A stretch of 64,000 nucleotides of DNA, from contig JBHYGA010000010.1 of NCBI GenBank assembly GCA_051859245.1, positions 22,798-86,797 of the forward strand. The letters are read 5' to 3'. Positions 62,088 through 64,000 of this stretch are shown piece by piece (positions within the stretch are counted from its first letter, which is position 1; each line of letters begins with the position of its first letter). The notes beneath the pieces are model-generated. The model worked only from the letters and a program-made list of their open reading frames with translations, ran no database searches and was not told the DNA's origin. Source of the DNA: Gemmatimonadaceae bacterium. Lineage in GTDB: Bacteria > Gemmatimonadota > Gemmatimonadetes > Gemmatimonadales > Gemmatimonadaceae. The translations under genes and the position numbers were made by a program.

Positions 62088-63452
62088 TCAGTTGAGTGGT
62101 GGTGACCTTCCTTCGACACGAAATCCGGGATCGGTCGCTGCGTTGAAGCGCAGCGTCTCGCGATCCAGTACACGACCGGCTTGCATGACGAGCTCAATGT
62201 GCCTCGTATCACCAATACGCGTGGACGGATCACCGTTCACAATCAGCACGTCGGCCCGCTTGCCCACTTCGAGCGTGCCCCACATCACCGACTGCTCCAT
62301 GAGTAACGCGGCGTTTTTTGTGGCCGCCGACAATGCTTGCAGTGGCGTGAGCCCGGCTTCTACCAACAGCTCAAGTTCTCGGTGCAGCGCTTCGCCAAAG
62401 TACGCGCCGGGATACGGTGTATCGGTGCCAGCCACCAGCAAGATTCCGGCGTCAGACAGCACCTTTGCATTTGCCATCGCCGCACGCAGTCGGAACTCGG
62501 CGCGCGCTACGGTCGCACTGTCAGACACCTTGGTTTTTTCCGCCGCGTACACTTTCAGATCGTCGACAAACCACGGTGGCATGGTCTGCGCCAGCAGCGG
62601 TAACTCCAGAAAGCGCAGATCGCGCAGTCGTCGACGCGAAAACGATTCTTCCACCGCGAGTGTGGTGATCGTGGCAACGCCTCCTTCACGCATGGCGGCG
62701 ATTGTCTCTTGCGTTGCCGGGATCGTACCGAGGTGCGCGAACGCCGCGATTCCGCGTTGCGCTGGCGGCGCGGTGCCGTTGCGCAGGAACACATCCGCAA
62801 ACACCGGTAGCGATTCCGCCTTGGCCGCCGCTACCACCTCACCGATCTGATCGAGCGTGAGCCCGGTGTACGCCTTCACCACATCAACACGCGCATCCTT
62901 AAGCTGCTTGATGTAACGCGGGATTTGCGCCGACGATGAAATCGGCATCGACAGGTGCGGCCAGAATGCATTCGGACCATCGAGCAGCGGTCCAGCCATG
63001 AATATTTTCGGACCGGCAATGCGCCCCGCCGCCACCTCCTGTCGCAACTGACTGATGTACGGCAACGAGTTGCCAACATCAAGCACGGTGGTCACGCCTG
63101 CATACAACAACGCATTCAGATAGCGCTGGAATCCGAGCATATCGGATTTTATGCCATCCCAACCGCCAGCCAGATGCACATGCATGTCGGCGAGACCCGG
63201 CAAGACTGACTTGCCACGTGCGTCGATGATGCGCGCACCGGAAGGAACCGTGACACTCGACGCAGCACCTACACCAATGATGCGATCGCCCTGCACCAGC
63301 ACCACACCGTCAGGAATCGGCGAACCGCCAAGTCCGTTGATGACACGCGCACCAACAATCGCCGTGACCGACTGGGCTGCGGCAGTCGAGCTCGCGCACA
63401 GCGCAGCGGCAAGCGAGAGCGCGCGCAACCAGACACGACGACGATGCGTCAT
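62088..63452 (-). CDS. Exported amidohydrolase family protein
   Basis: LPGLADMHVH, AGTD and GTLEVGKRADVL. Confidence 0.92.
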   Translation of the reverse strand: MTHRRRVWLRALSLAAALCASSTAAAQSVTAIVGARVINGLGGSPIPDGVVLVQGDRIIGVGAASSVTVPSGARIIDARGKSVLPGLADMHVHLAGGWDGIKSDMLGFQRYLNALLYAGVTTVLDVGNSLPYISQLRQEVAAGRIAGPKIFMAGPLLDGPNAFWPHLSMPISSSAQIPRYIKQLKDARVDVVKAYTGLTLDQIGEVVAAAKAESLPVFADVFLRNGTAPPAQRGIAAFAHLGTIPATQETIAAMREGGVATITTLAVEESFSRRRLRDLRFLELPLLAQTMPPWFVDDLKVYAAEKTKVSDSATVARAEFRLRAAMANAKVLSDAGILLVAGTDTPYPGAYFGEALHRELELLVEAGLTPLQALSAATKNAALLMEQSVMWGTLEVGKRADVLIVNGDPSTRIGDTRHIELVMQAGRVLDRETLRFNAATDPGFRVEGRSPPLN

Positions 63453-63874
63453 GCCTGCGATTCCAACTGCGCGCGGATCCGATCCTCCTGTTCGCGCAGC
63501 TCCGGCGTGTACTGCTCGCCAAAATCTTCGGCTTCAAACACCGGCCGCAGCTCCAACTCACCACCACTCGGCATGGGATTCGGACAACGACGCGCCCACT
63601 CAACCGCTTCGTCCATCGATTTCACCTGCCACATCCAGAATCCCGCGATCAGTTCCTTCGTTTCGGCGAATGGACCGTCGGTCACGGTGCGCTCTGTGCC
63701 GGAGAACTGCACGCGCTTGCCTTCGTTGCTTGGGTGTAAGCCGTCACCGGCGACCATGATACCGGCGTTGACGAGCTCCTCGTTGTATGCCCCCATGGCG
63801 GCCATCATTTCTGTGCTTGGCATTTCACCAGCTTCTGATTCTTTGGTCGCTTTGACGATTACCATGACGCGCAT
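63449..63874 (-). CDS. YciI family protein
   Basis: GDGLHPS and DGPFAETKELIAGFW. Confidence 0.92.
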   Translation of the reverse strand: MRVMVIVKATKESEAGEMPSTEMMAAMGAYNEELVNAGIMVAGDGLHPSNEGKRVQFSGTERTVTDGPFAETKELIAGFWMWQVKSMDEAVEWARRCPNPMPSGGELELRPVFEAEDFGEQYTPELREQEDRIRAQLESQA

Positions 63875-64000
63875 TGTGTGTCTCCAAACTTTAGTTGTAA
63901 AACTGCGTTGCTTTTTACACGAGGTCTCGCTTCAACATGCAGTCCGATTCGGTCATTCGGCCCTTCAGCTGGAGCCCACGGCCATTTGGCCTTTCGGCCT

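Noticed and set aside
63897..63920. TGTAAAA-N10-TTTTACA inverted repeat upstream of yciI
   Set aside because: It is a single AT-rich site at the window edge with no cognate regulator visible.

Overview
GC-rich bacterial chromosomal window. The gene content (SusC/SusD pair, many signal-peptide amidohydrolases and DinB proteins) suggests Gemmatimonadota, which is an inference. It holds about 60 CDS; I saw no rRNA, tRNA, CRISPR array, integrase or transposase. Most of it is accessory or housekeeping: greA, a TolC/MacB-type exporter lacking its ATPase, katG-oxyR, a probable bciA divinyl-(proto)chlorophyllide reductase, a hybrid histidine kinase, susCD, queG and vapBC. The main structural feature is a ~9 kb defence block (48.4-57.5 kb): type I R-M hsdRMS, an orphan HigA-like HTH gene, an AbiEi-like regulator with an internally deleted nucleotidyltransferase partner, and two cupins. 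This block lies between an intact GNAT gene and a diverged, internally deleted copy of it. The best candidates for uncharacterised systems are (i) a translationally coupled four-gene operon (membrane protein, winged-HTH, second UppS-like prenyltransferase, DUF4153-like protein) with its own paired operator, (ii) a small-protein plus stand-alone GAF two-gene module, and (iii) two paralogous MarR circuits whose operators differ by 1 bp of spacing. Many regulator genes look leaderless. All family calls come from motif recognition by eye, with no database search.
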